Notes under the pieces: model-generated
What the model saw: only the letters and a program-made list of their open reading frames with translations
The model's database searches: none
Told to the model about the DNA's origin: nothing
In this document: piece after piece, positions 43,779 through 58,150 of the stretch
Layout of the letters: each line of letters starts with the position of its first letter
Position numbering within the stretch: the stretch's first letter is position 1
NCBI RefSeq assembly: GCF_009914755.1
Contig: NC_060937.1
Strand: one strand, 5' to 3'
From: the human T2T-CHM13v2.0 reference genome, Homo sapiens
Length of the DNA stretch: 64,000 bases
Made by a program: the position numbers and the translations under genes

Positions 43779-45998
43779 CACATAGTTTTACGGGAAAAGA
43801 AACTATGAAAAAAAACCCCACAGGCTACACAAGATGGTAAAGAGTTTCCATAATCAGGCAGCAAGAAAAGCCCCGTGCTGATGTGGACATTGCGATGAGC
43901 TGGGCATTGGACTACGGGGCCCGGACAGGAGCCAACACAGAAGACCAGAAGACTGTGTGCACTAAGAGTGCCGGGAGGGTCTGCATGTACTTCGAGGGGC
44001 CCTGCCTTGTGGGCAGAGGACATAATCCTGGATAAGTAGCCAGAACCAAGTGGTCCATGGCAAGATCTCTTCCATTCATCAGTACCCAAAACATCACATC
44101 AAATCAGCATCAGCACCCAGGGATGTGTGCCATTCCTGGCTCTTCTCAGTTTGTAGACAGCTCTATAGTCCTGGGACTTGGGAGGAGTATGTAGGAGGCT
44201 CCGGGGGTGAGTGGTGTGATGGTGGTAGTGCTGGTGGTGGTGGTGACGAATCTAAATGAAAATGAAAAATTTCAAAGAGGTAAGTGGTAACTTGACATGG
44301 TTTTGTCATGAGCACTATCACCTTTAATTTTACGTTTTGAAAATAATTTTCCCTTTTAGTGTAATAGTGGCATAATTCATTGTTGACAATCTTGCATCAA
44401 GAAACAAAATTAAAATGATATGTAATTGCATTACCCAGAAATAGATAACATTTTGGTACAAATTTTCTTGCCTTTTCTCTGTATGTACACACACAGAGAA
44501 ACAAACTTTTTCCAAATTGGGCATCCAGTATACATCCTACTCAATAAGCTAAAATCTTCACTTAAAATTAGTGTGGATTTTTTAAATGTGATCAAATATT
44601 TTCATAACATCTTTTGTAATAGGTGTGTATTTTTTTAATGCATGCTATATTTGGTTTCAATGATCCCTTATTCTTGGGCAATTTGGTTGCTTTCTTGAAT
44701 ATGATTTATAGATGGATATTTCTATGGAAAGTTGACTTGGGGGAAAGGTGTGCTTCTTCTTCTTTTAAACACAAATTTCTTCTAAAATTGTTCGATATAA
44801 TTTGATGGATGTTTAAATTGAGGTGTACTTTACAAAGGGTGAAGCGCACATATCTTAAGCGTGCAGTGTGATGAGTTTGACAAACGTGTTTTCTCCGATC
44901 AAGTCAGAGATCATTTCTATTGCCACAGGAAGTTCTCACGTGCCTTTCTAAGTCAAAGCTCAAACTCTCTACACTTGTGACTACAGGTCTGATTCTATCA
45001 ACATAGTTTAGTTTTGCCTTTTCTAGAGCTTCTTATAGATTGAACCATACAATATACACTTTTTTGTATCTTGGTTTTTTTCTTTCAACATCATGTTTTT
45101 GAGATTCATCCATATCGCTTCAGGTCTCAGTAGTTTATTCTTTTTTTATTGTGGAATAGTTTTCTATTACATATATAAATACACCATAATTTGTTCATTC
45201 ATTTCCTTGTTGATGGACATTTCAGTTGTTTCCAATTTTGGGATATAAAGACACTATAAATGTCCTTATATAGGCTTGTGTTTGCTTGCTTATTTTTGTT
45301 TTGTTTTATTTTTTCAAACATGTTTTAGTGGGTAAATACCTAGGATTAGAAATGCTGGGTCATAGGGTGAACGTATGTTTAGCTTCATAAGAAACTTCCA
45401 AACAGTTTTCAAAAATGGTTGTACCGTTTTACTTTGTTCTCCCACCATCAATGTATGAGAGTGCTGTTTTTTTCCAATTTATTAAAACATTGGTATTGTC
45501 AGCTTTTAAAATTTTAGCCATTTTAGAAGACAATGTGACACTTCATTGTGTTCTCTCTGCATTTCTCTGACAACCATGCTGAACACTTTTTCACATGCAT
45601 ATTGGCTATTCATATATCTTCTGTAAAATGGCTGCTCAAGTTCTTAGCCCATTTTAAATTGGGCAGTTGTCTTTTTTTTTCAAAAAAATTAATTTTTTTA
45701 TATTTGAGGTATATAATAGGATGTTTTGATATGCATATACATACTTATCTTAAAGTGATTACTACAGACAAATTTACATATTCATCACCTTCCATAGATA
45801 CCTTTTTCATGTGTTAAGGGAACCTAAAATCTACTCTTTTAGCACATTTTCAGTATACAATATTAACTATAGTCCTCATGCTGTGTGTTAGATCTCTAGA
45901 CTTATTCATCCCGCGTGACTGCAACTTCATATCCTTTGAACTACATCTCCTCGTTTGCCCTCCAGGCCCCTGGTAAACAGCCTTCTGTTTTTTCAACT

Positions 45999-46279
45999 GT
46001 TTTGTTTTTTTTTTTTTTTTTTTTTTTTTGACAGAATCTCTGTCTGAGCTCACTGCAACCTCCGCCTCCTGGATTCAAATGATTCTTGTGCCTCAGCCTT
46101 CAGAGTAGCTGGGAATACAGGCATGCGCCACCATGCCCAGCGAATTTTTGTATTTTTAGTAGAGATGAGTTTTACCATGTTGTCTAGGCTGGTGGTCTTG
46201 AACTCCTGGCCTCAAGTGATCCACCCACCTCAGCCTCCCAAAGTACTGGCATTGCAGGCGTGAGTTACCGCATCTGGCC
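45999..46279 (-). mobile_element. AluS with ~30-bp deletion near its 3' end
   Basis: gacagaatctctgtctgagctcactgcaacc lacks cccaggctggagtgcagtgg. Confidence 0.9.
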
Positions 46280-46640
46280 ATCTATTTATTCAACTTTTGT
46301 TTTTAAGATTCTTCATAGAAGTAAGACCATACAATTTGTCAGTCTTATTTCTGGTTTATCTATGTCTGGCTTATTTCACTTAGCATGCTATTCTCCAGGC
46401 CCATCTATATTGTCACAAATGGCAGGATTTCTCTCTTTTTAAAGGCTGAATTATATTCCATTATGTATATATACTACACTTGCTTTATTCATTCATCCGT
46501 TGATGGATACTTTAGGTTGTTTGCATAGTGTGGCTGGAATGATGCCATGCACGTGCGAGTGCAGGTGTCTTTACGAGGTGCTGCTGTCATTTCCTTTGGG
46601 TACATACTCAGCAAAGGGATTGCTGGACCATCTAGCATTT

Positions 46641-46977
<337 letters not shown>

Positions 46978-47527
46978 TGAGCAACCTTCATACTGTTTTC
47001 TGAAATGGCTGTATCAATTTACATTTCCACCAACATTGTACATGGTTTCCCTTTGTTCCACATCCTCACCAACACTTGTAATTTTTTAGTAGCCCCCCTA
47101 ACTGGTGTGAGGTGATATCTCGTTGGGGTTTTGCTCTGCATTTCCCTAATGATTAGTACTTTTTCCATGTGTCTGGTGTCTATTTTTTCCTTTTATTTAT
47201 AGTTGGCATGTAATAGTTGTTCATATTAATGGGATACAGAGCGATATTTCAGTACATGCCTACAATATATAATGATCCAATTGGGGCAATGAGCATATCC
47301 ATCCCTTCAAACGGTTATCATTTGTTGGTGTTGTGAACACTCAAAATCCTCTCTTCTAGCTTTTTGAAAATATGCAATGTTATTATTAACCATATTCACC
47401 CTACAGTGCTGTAAAGCACCAGACCCATGGCTCCTCTGTAACTGTAATTTTGTATCCTTCTACTAATTTTTCCCTACCTTCCCTCCCCACAACACTCCTC
47501 AGCCTCTAATAACCACAGTTCTACTCT

Positions 47528-47834
47528 CTTTCTTTTTTTTCTTTCTTTTTGTGAGACAGGGTCTTGCTCTGTCACCCAGGCTGGAGGGCAGTGGCATGAT
47601 CTTGGCTCACTGCAACCTCCGCCTCCTGGGTTCAAGTGATTCTCGTGCCTCAGCCTCCCTAGTAACTGGGATTACAGGCACCTGCCACTAGACCTGTCTA
47701 ATTTTTGTATTGTTAGTGGAGACAGGATTTCGCCACGTTGGCCAGGCTGGTCTCGAACTGCTGACCTCAGGTGATCTGCCCGCCTTTTCCTCTGTAAGTG
47801 CTGGGATTACAGGTGTGAGCCACGGCACCCGGCC
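47528..47834 (-). mobile_element. AluSx-like
   Basis: Full dimer; degenerate TSD ttcta[c/t]tctctttct. Confidence 0.92.
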
Positions 47835-49669
47835 AATTCTATTCTCTTTCTATGAACTCATTTCTTTTAAGCTCCCAAATATGAATGAGAACGTGTGGCA
47901 TTTATCTTTCTGTGTCTGACTTACTTCATTTAACATAATGTCCTCCAGACTCATCCATATTTTGCTGGCTATTTTTATATCTTCCTTAGAAAAAGGATTA
48001 TTCAGGTCTTTTGCCCATTTAAAAACATTTTTTTTTTTTTTGCTGTTGAGTTACGTGAGTTTCTTATATATTTTGGATATTAACATCTTATGAGATACAT
48101 GGTTTGCTAATATATTCTTCCGCTCCATTGGTGCCTGTGCATTTTGTTGATTGTACCTTTTGCTGTGCAGAAGCTTTTTAGTTTGATGTAGGCCCACGTG
48201 CTCACTTTTGCTTTTGTTGCCTGAACTCTTTGGTGGCATCGAAAAAGTTATTGGTAAGGCCGATATCAAGGGGCTTTCCCCTTATGTTTTCTTCTAGGAA
48301 TTTTTTGGTTTCAGGTTTATATTTAGATCTTTAATCCCTTTTGAGTTTATTTTTGTGTGTGGTGTAAGGTAAAGATCCAGTTTTTTCCTCAAGGCCGTAT
48401 TGACTTGTTACCATTGCTTTATAATAAATCTCACAATCAGAAAATGTAATTCTTCCAACTTGTTTCTTTCCCCAAGTATGTTCTAGTTATTCTAATTGTT
48501 TTTTGGCATTTTATATATATAAATTTTTTTAAGAAACTGTCAACTTCTACAAGAAAAAAAAAGCTTGCTGGGGTTTTAAAGGAGATTGTGTCAAATCTGC
48601 AGATAAACAGAATTGGTATCTTAGCAATTTTGGGTGGGTGTGCAACCTAGAAATATGGTATATGTCTCTATTTAAATCACTTAGGTCTTTCTTTTTATAT
48701 TTCTCTAAGATGCCTTTTACAGTTTTCCGTGTGCAGGTCTTGTGCTTATTTTGTTAAATGTATCCCTGGAATTTTTGGTTATGAATGTGATTTTAACTGC
48801 TATTGTATTTTAACCATAGTTTCAAATTTTCATTGTTAGTATATAGAATTACCATTACTATTTTTTATAGTGACTTTGTATCTTGTGATATTACACTTAT
48901 TCACTCTAGTAGTTTTTTTAAAATAAGGTTTTATGAATTTTCTACATAGATATTCATGTTATTTTTGAATAAAGCCATTTCTATTATTATTATTTAATCT
49001 TTATGTGTTTTACTCCTGTCTTGCTGTATGCAGTGACTAAGCCTCCAGTACAATCATGAAAAGAAGAGATGAGAGAGGACATTCTTGCCCTGTTGTTAGT
49101 CTTACAGACAGAGTTCAGTGTTTTACTGTGAAGTATGATATTAGCAGTTGGTTTTTTGTAGATGTTCTTTATCAGACTGAGGGGAATTCCTTCTATTCCT
49201 ACTTTGTTGAGAGTTGTTTGTTGTTTTGTGATGAAAATATGTTGAATTTTGTCAAATGCTTCTCCTGCACACTCAGATCATCTGATGGCTTTTTGTTTTC
49301 AGTGTGTTGAGTGTCAAACAAATGCCATGTTCCTGGCCTGAGTTTAACTGATATATTCGTATCAAGTCATGATATATTATCATTTATATATACATTTTGG
49401 GTTGATTTGGTTTACTAATGATTTGTTAGGGATTTTTTTGAACCTATGCTTTTTAACTATACTGGTGTCTTTGGTCAGGGATGGGTCATCTTTTTGTTTG
49501 ACTTTGGTATCAGGATGATGTCAATTTCATAAACCAAACCAGAATGTGTTCCCTTCTCCCCAACTTTATGAAAGAGTTTGTGAATTATTGACATGATTTA
49601 TTCTTTAATTATTTGGTAGAATTTACCAACAAGTAAATCAGTGAATCCTCTTTTATCTTCTGTTTTCTC

Positions 49670-50240
49670 CCTTCTTGAACCAGAATGTATATGACCCTTA
49701 TCCTATGCCCTTTTCATCATCACACTTTGGAAGAAGATAACTGGCTTATTAAATTTTACAGGCTCACAGTTGGAGAAGAATCATGCCTCAGATGGATTAT
49801 ACATAATGCCTTGCCCATACCTTATTTAGATCATGAGATTCAGGACTTTTGAACAGATGAGGTTTGAATGAGATTTTGGATTTTGATTTGATGCTGTAAT
49901 TGGTTGAGTCTTTTGGGGAACTCTAAGTGGGATAGATATATTTTACATTGGGACAGACATGTATTGTTGGGAACAAGAGGAAGATGCCCTGTGGTAGGCA
50001 GAATAATGAACTCCTTGGAGATGTCCATGTCCTAATTCCTGGAGTCTGAATGTGTTGGTTTACTTGGCAAAAGGGAATTAAGATTGTCATTGGAATTTAG
50101 AATCCTAATCAGCTGACCTTAGGATAGGGATATTATCCTGAATTATCTGAGTGGTTCTATGTAATCACAAAATTCCTTAAAAGTGGAAAAGGGAGGCAGA
50201 AGAATGGGTGAGAGGGATGTGATGTGAGAAGAACTTCACC
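49670..50240 (+). mobile_element. MLT1 internal 3' end plus truncated MLT1D/E-like LTR (LTR from 49991)
   Basis: gtggtaggcagaataatg...gatgtccatgtcctaattcctgga...ctaatcagctgacctt...gggaggcagaaga; similarity ends abruptly at ~50240. Confidence 0.8.
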
Positions 50241-50520
50241 TATCCTGCAACCTTTCCACATACTCTTCCCTCAACCTGGAAGACTCCTCCTGTTCTTTAC
50301 CTGGATAATTCTTACATAGCCTTCCATTCTCAACTCAAATGGTGTTACTTCAAAGATGCCTTTGCTCATTACCAAACGTATATTAGGCCCCTCTCTTACT
50401 TATTTATACTTCCTTTGTAAGCAGCGACATGGCTCTTTTGCTCACCCTGGTAAGCCTAGTGCCCAGTATATCATCTGACACACAATTGGTGGTCAACTGT
50501 TGATTCATGAGTGAATTTTA
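50241..50520 (+). mobile_element. L2 3'-end relic
   Basis: acctttccacatactcttccctcaacctggaagactcc...cctagtgcccagtatatcatctgacacac...tgttgattcatgagtgaat. Confidence 0.6.
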
Positions 50521-51587
50521 TTGGTTACTGTTGATCGCCAGTGAAATAAGTGCTTAGAAACACTTATAGGCTGAATAGGAAGAATTAAACAAATGAATGA
50601 CTAGATAATAGGTACGTGGGAGTCACAGGGATTGACATCTTATTTTATTCAGTTTTGCCTACATTGGCTCTTTTCTTACAAATGTCCTGATGCCTATTGA
50701 GTATATATCCATAAGGTTTCTTTGAGTTTTCTGGAAGAAATGGCTGTTGTTGATGTTGTTTTTAGCAGCTCTTTTGACTCGACCATCCTCACACCAGCGT
50801 TAGGTAATTTAGACAGATTAGAACATCAGCTTCTTCTCAGGAACCCACAGAAGTCTTGGAATGGAGACAGTCCAGAAATATACCCATGTCCACATTACTC
50901 AATCCCTAGAAATCGCTATATTTAAGCAGAATGAGCTAGTTTTTTCTAAGTGCAATTTCTACCTTGTTACTAGAGAATTGGATTTATATAGGTTGCCATC
51001 TCTTATACCAAGATACTTTCAGGGAAAGGAAAGTACAGGAGGTGTTTTAAGTGCAGTAGGAATTGTGAGTTAGAAAACATGCCTAACGTGTGGATTTCAA
51101 ACAAAATTTGATTATTAATTTGATCCAAATCTTACTTTTCAGAAAGGAGAAAGATTTTAAAGACAGGGTAAGGAGATTCCTCCAAAATGCCCAAAGTAGA
51201 CTTAAGCAATACAAAATTTATCACATCTACTTACCAAATTTTATAATTAATTCATCAGTTCAACAAAATTGCTAATCATCTCCTATGAACCACCCATTGT
51301 GCTAAGGGCTGTGAGGCCACCAAGACCGATATCATCAGAAGGCAGCTTGCACTTCCTGGGAGAAGGCATGCATCCCCATAGCTGAAGTCAAAGTGGCAAG
51401 TGTTCCCTGGCTGGTGGACCAGAGAGCTCCATGGGACCCAAAAGAGGGAGGGTGCAGGCCTGACTGGGAGGAAATCTGGTAGCAACGGGTTTCCGTTTCT
51501 CCTTGGATAAATCAAGAAGACTTTTCCTTCAAGGACATAGTAAGTTCAGTTTTACAAAAAATTTTATTTTTTCTTGATACATAATAG

Positions 51588-51943
<356 letters not shown>

Positions 51944-52241
51944 AACAACTTCCTTTTTCTTTTTCACTCCTGTGATTCTGCAGCTAGAGAAAAAAAGGAG
52001 AAAGTTCAGTCAGAGAAGGATGTGGCTCCAGGTTGCCTCATGGGTGTGATTTTGAGTGGTGGGCAGTTCCTCCTACCTTCGCTTTCTCCCCGTAGCCTGA
52101 ATACAGTGAGCCATAGTGTCGAGGCCTCAGGCCTCTTAATCCTCAGCTCTGTAGAGAAGGCATGGCCCATTGTTTCCATGGCAGTGCCCTGCAGGACAGT
52201 GACCTGCTCAAGTCTCGCCTACTAGGGACGACTTCCTATGA

Positions 52242-52565
<324 letters not shown>

Positions 52566-53222
52566 TTTTTTTAATTTTTAATTTTTTTAATTTTTGATTT
52601 TTGTAGGTACATAGTAGGTGTATATATTTGTGGAGTACATGAAATATTTTGATACAGGCATGCAATGTGTAAGTGGGGTATCAATCACCTCAAGCATTCA
52701 TCATTTATTTGTGTTACAAACATTCCACTTGTACTCCCTCAGTTATTCTAGACTGGACAATAAATTATTGCTGACTGTGGTCCCCCTGTCATGCTATCAA
52801 ATACTAAATCTTATTCACTGTATCTAACCATATTTTTGTACCATTATCCATCCCCACTTCCCCACTGTCCTTCTCAGTCTCTGGTAACCATCATTCTACT
52901 CTCTATCATCATGAGTTCAATTGTTTTAATTTTTTAGCTCCCACAAATAAGTGAGAACATGCAAAGCTTTTCTTTCTGTACCTGTCTTATTTCACGTAAT
53001 ATCATGTCCTCCAATTCCATCCATGTTGTTGCACAAGGCAGGATCTCTTTCTTTTTCACAGCTGGATAGTGCCCCATGGTGTGTATGCAGCACATTTTCC
53101 TTATTCATTCATCCATCTGTTGATGGACAATTGGATTGCTTCCAAATCTTGACTGCCATGAATAGTGCTGCAATAAACATGGGAGTGTCGATATCTCTTA
53201 GACAAACTGATTTCCTTTTGGA
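52566..53222 (-). mobile_element. L1MA-type 3' end
   Basis: gtaggtacatagtaggtgtatatatttgtggagtacatg...gctcccacaaataagtgagaacatgc...gaatagtgctgcaataaacatggga. Confidence 0.9.
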
Positions 53223-54681
53223 TGAAGTTTCAAAGCTCAGTGCAGTTTTGAGATTCTGGAAGTAAATGTCCCAACTCACACTAACAGCACTGGTTGATAG
53301 GGAGGTGGGCAGTCGGCCCCTCTTCTCAGTGTCCTCCATGTTTTCTGTAACGAGCATGCACTATAGTAAAACCTCAGCAGACTTGGTGGGACCTTAGAAG
53401 TCGTCTTATGCAGCATTTTCATTTTTCAAAAAGAAAAATGAAGGTGGGTTTCCCGTGGTGTCTTTCCCAAGGGCCCCTGACTGGCGTGTTCTCTGCCCAT
53501 TCAACCCTTCCGGGAGCACCTCCACAGGCCTGAGCTAGGCTACAGGAGCCCTGACAAGTGAGAGACGGCATCTGTGCCTACTGGGAGCTGTCCAGTAGGG
53601 GTCCAGACACCCAGTCCATGAAGTGCAACTCGAGCCTTCCAGAGCAGAGACTTGTGTGAAGGACCTGCAGCAAGCTGGAGAGAATGGGGAATTCAGCCCC
53701 AGGCAGGAGGGATCTTCCCTTTGCTCGCTTCTGCCTCATTTGCTGTCTTTATGCCCAGCCTTCGATGGCTTCAGACTTCCTTCCTCCTGCCCTTTTCTTG
53801 CCGACCCCATTCCTCTTCAGAAGCAGGTAGTGAGAGATGAAAAGGGCTGTAAACAGCATTCTACGGTAATGGACGGGCAGGGAGCTCAGAGGGTGGAGGG
53901 ACTGGGATGGGCAGAGACTGTTTCGTTTGATCTGCCTTTTACAGCTTCCCCCAGGATCCCACAAAGTCACTAACTTTGAAATAGTTAATGAGGGGAAAAA
54001 AAAGGCATGTTATTAAGGCAGTTTAATAAGCCTGAGCATTCAGAGGGCTGTGTTTCTAGCACTAGGAGGGCCCACATTATCTTGGATTTTGTGTTCAGTG
54101 CTCTGATAGCTAAGCATCATTCCTGAAATGAATGCTTTTGAAAGGAAAAAGTGCGCAAGGGAAAATACACCGTTGGGTTGCAGTGTTCTCCTGTTTGATG
54201 TGAATTGGGCTCTCCCTGTGCAGTGCCAGTCCCTTGCAGCAGACCAGTCCTTCTCACGCCACTCTTGGAGAGAATGCCAGGGCATATCAGAGACTTAATG
54301 CTCCCCTCATCTGCCTGACAGCTGGTTTGAGTGCTCAGCTGAGCCTCAAGCACACTTCTGTGCTCACCAGCACACAGGAGGGGCTGGCAGCTGGGAGGAA
54401 ATGCTCTGTGCTGTGTCTGGAGCCTGGACATCAAGACATGTCAAGAGAGAGCCCAATATGTGCTGTGAGGCCTTAGGGATTTCTGATCAAGAGAACTGTT
54501 TGCTATTTGGGAGCACGCAGCTTGGACCACCATTCTCCTGCCTCTCCTGCTTCCCATGTGATCTGAGACACCTGCATTCACCTGACCAGTCGGTCCCAAA
54601 GCCTGAGCAACAACCCAGCTCCTCCCTGGCCGTCCAAAGCGTTCTTGGCTACACAGTGTCTTTTATGATGCCTGTTCCTTG

Positions 54682-54729
54682 AATTTTCTGTTGAAAATAT
54701 TCGTAAATTTTCTGTTGAAAATATTCATA
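54682..54729. repeat. 24-bp tandem duplication
   Basis: aattttctgttgaaaatattc[g/a]ta twice. Confidence 0.9.
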
Positions 54730-55254
54730 CATTTTCTTGTTGTTAGTATTTGAAAAAACATCTCTTTAAAATGGTCATAATGCTTGAGCCCTTCAGTCAG
54801 GGCCAGCAGGTGAGAAGTTGGAAGAGTGTGTCTTGTTCTGAAGTAGTTTGTGGAGGAGAGATTTCAGGGAAAGAAGAGAGGTGGAGGAGGGAGAATCCAA
54901 GGGCGGGCTGGAGACAGAAGCTGTGGCTGGAACGTGGGCCACTCCAGAATCTGGGTGCAGGAAGGCAAGAGGGCTTCCTCAGCTCTCACCTCGCTGAGGC
55001 CAAGCCTGCTCTGGCCCTCACAAGCACACTTCATGCCCAGCTGGGATTTCAGGCCTGCTCCCAGTCCTTCTCAACTTGCTCCTCTGCTCCAGGAGAAGGC
55101 AGAGTGATGTCGCTGTGCTTCTGCGCTGGCCCCATTTCTGGGTAGCGCCACACTGAATGCTCACTGTGGTCTCACATGTCTTCTCTGAAATGGATAGGAC
55201 CTTCTCCAGGGTTATTCTGACTTGTGCTTCTTTTTGCACCCCCTCTCCTAGTAA

Positions 55255-56054
55255 TGATATGGAAGGGAAGTGCTGGGAAGGGAAGGGCGTGGTCCCTTTA
55301 AATAACACATAATGGGAAAGTGTTGGTTAGAGGAAGGCATGGTCCCTGGCTAGGGCTCTACCCCCTTGGACCTAGGTGAGGACAGGCATTTCCTGACCAA
55401 ATGTTGCATTTCGCAAGATCACCCTGGCCTGCCATGCCCCCATCCTGTGCCCATAAAAACCCGAGAGACCCTAGCAAGCAGACACACGGGTGGCTGGATG
55501 TGGAGAGGAGCACATCAGCAGAGGAACACACGGGCCGCTGGATGGAACCGGCATGCTGGCAGGCCACTGACCGGCAGAGCGACATGAAGTTTGACTGGGG
55601 CAGTTGGAGGAGAACTCGGGCCACCGAGTAGCCTGACTCCAGGGGAAAATCTTCCCACTCCATCCCCTCTGGCTTCGCCCATCTGCTGAAAGCTACATCC
55701 ACTCAATAAAACCTTGCACTCATTCTCCAAGCCCAGGTGTGATCCGATTCATCCTGTACACCAAGGCAGGGATAAAGAAAGCCCTCTGTCCCTGCCACAA
55801 GTTAGAGGGTCTAATTGAGCTGGTTAACGCAAGCCGCCTATAGACAGCAAAACTAAAAGAGCATCCTGTAACACACACCCACTGGGGCTTCAAGAGCTGT
55901 AAACATTAACTCCTAGACACTGCAGTGGGGTGGGAGCCCCACAGCCTGCCCGTCTGTATGCTCCCCTAGATGTTTGAGCAGTGGGGCACTGAGGAAGTGA
56001 GCCACATCCCATCACACACCCTGCGAGGGGGACAAGAGAACCTTTCCTGTTTCA
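55255..56054 (+). mobile_element. MER50-like ERV1 solo LTR
   Basis: TG...CA termini (tgatatggaagggaagtgctgggaagg ... cctgtttca), 4-bp TSD GTAA at 55251-54 and 56055-58, cataaaaa TATA-like site ~55452, AATAAA ~55705. Confidence 0.88.
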
Positions 56055-57869
56055 GTAATTATGGTGATGGTAGTAGTAATGGTAATAAGAACGGAATAGG
56101 CATAGGTTACATGTGCTGGCAGCTTCTAGGCACCAATGTGGAGTGCTGGAGTGCTTATGGACTTGCTTAATCCTCATAAACACACTGCTGTGAGATGGCA
56201 GGGGAGCCTGCTCAGGATCGCACACCTAACCAGGGCCACACCAGGCTGCCTCACTTCAAAGCTCTTGTGTTGATCCAGGGGGAAATGAACAGAACCAAAC
56301 GCTGGAAGTTCTGGACCTGAGACAGGAAATGGATTTTGTGAATGAGAAAGCGAGCGGTGGTCTCATTCTGGCTTCACTACTGTGACCATGATAGGATGTG
56401 GGCATTTTTAAAGACCTGACAACCCTGGACCTGCCATTCTGCCCAGATGAGTTGGAGGGACTGATCTGTTGGAGGACCGAGTCCCCGCATGGCTGGCAGC
56501 AGTCTTCTGCCATTTGTTCTGACGAGGCCGAGCTTCACAGCTGCAGTGGGTGACATTGGGAGCTAAGGAACTCAAAGCAGATAACACAAAACATGCCAGC
56601 AATCGAACTCTAGCCTCAACCACTGCCAGCTGTTTAAGGGCAAGATGGATGAGCTAAGAGTGCTCCGAGTTACTGCCCGGCAGTGGGAGCCTGCCTGCTG
56701 TGGCCCACAATGCCTCAAAGCTCTGGTAGAATAACTGCCCACAGGGATGAGTTCCTCTCTCTCTTACACCAACCCCTCCCCAGGTCCTTTCTTTTCACAC
56801 CATGCTAGTGCACAGCCACAGCTATTTGGAGGCACAGAGACTGAGTGCCCACTGCATACGTTTCTCACGGACGTAGCGTCCAGAGATGTCATTTGCAGAC
56901 TCTGACTGGGGTTGTCTCTCTGTGGAAGAGACACCCCGTGGGGCTGCCTCAGGTGATCCCACCATGCACCGTCTGGTCACTGTGGAGTGGCTAGTGCTGT
57001 GTGCCCTTCCTGTTGACATAATGAATTATAGGTTTTGTGTCCAGAGACCTGGTCTGGAATAACTATATCTGGCTCATTTCAAGTCACGTGGCTTCCTTCT
57101 TGAAGCAGGAAATATAATATTGACTATGTGGGTGATAGTTTCGCTAAATTAATATGGGATTAGTTTTAATAGTTACGTAGCAACACTACCAGGTCGTATC
57201 TGCGATGTGCCAGCCTGTGGGATCTCATCATGTAGTTTGAGAATGAAAAGCATTTTTCTATTATAATCACATATATAATATTAAAAAGCAACAGTAATAT
57301 TCAAGATGTCCTATCTGCTCATCTCACCAGGTCTACAGAAAGTTGCTCCCATCTGCGGGGAGATGCCTTTGATGGTATTGATCGGCTGTACCTCTGCTAT
57401 TGATCTGCCTTACTTCCTGCCTTTAGCCCACACAATTTATGGTTGTGTCCACTTTGTCCCCCATCACTAGGGAGGACCATGGTTTATTTCGTGAGCAATT
57501 CTAGCACAGAGTAGGTGCAGGTTAGAAGGTATCCCTGCATTCTATTAGACATTATCAGTTTCAGAATCGCCATCATTATTACATAATCTGAGGGCTGGAA
57601 GAGACCTTGGGGACCACTGTGAGACTGGTTCTATCCCAACAAATTTGACATTATTCTTTTTAGTCTTTGCTGTGCAATGGAGGGACACTGAAGCTGGTAT
57701 TAACGGTGAGGCATGGACAGACAGGAGTCACACTAGAGGCAGCAGTGTGGCCAGGGCCTGCTGCCTGGCCAGAAGTTCGCACATCTGCTGTGGTCCCCGC
57801 CACAAAACCTGCCTTCGGGAGGCTGCTGAGCCTGCTGAAGGTGGAGCTGAAGTTGGGTCTAATCCGGCT

Positions 57870-58150
57870 AACAGGCAGCCACTAAGCCCACGTGCACTAA
57901 AATGCGGCTGGTCCAAATCAGGATGGGCTATAAAATGACAAATACACACTGGATATCAAAGCATTGGCTTGAAAAAAGAATGTAGAATATCCCATCAATG
58001 TTGTATGTTGCTTACACCTTGAAATAATAATATTTGGGATATTTGGAATTAGATAAAATAGATTACTAACATTCATTTTATCTGTTTCTTTTTACTTTTT
58101 AAAATGTGGTTCCTCAAAAATTTTAAAAATTACTTTTTAAAACGTGGACT
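57870..58150. mobile_element. MER33-like hAT relic
   Basis: aaatacacactggatatcaaag...aaaagaatgtagaatatc...ttgaaataataatatttgggatat...ctgtttctttttactttttaaaatgtgg. Confidence 0.75.
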
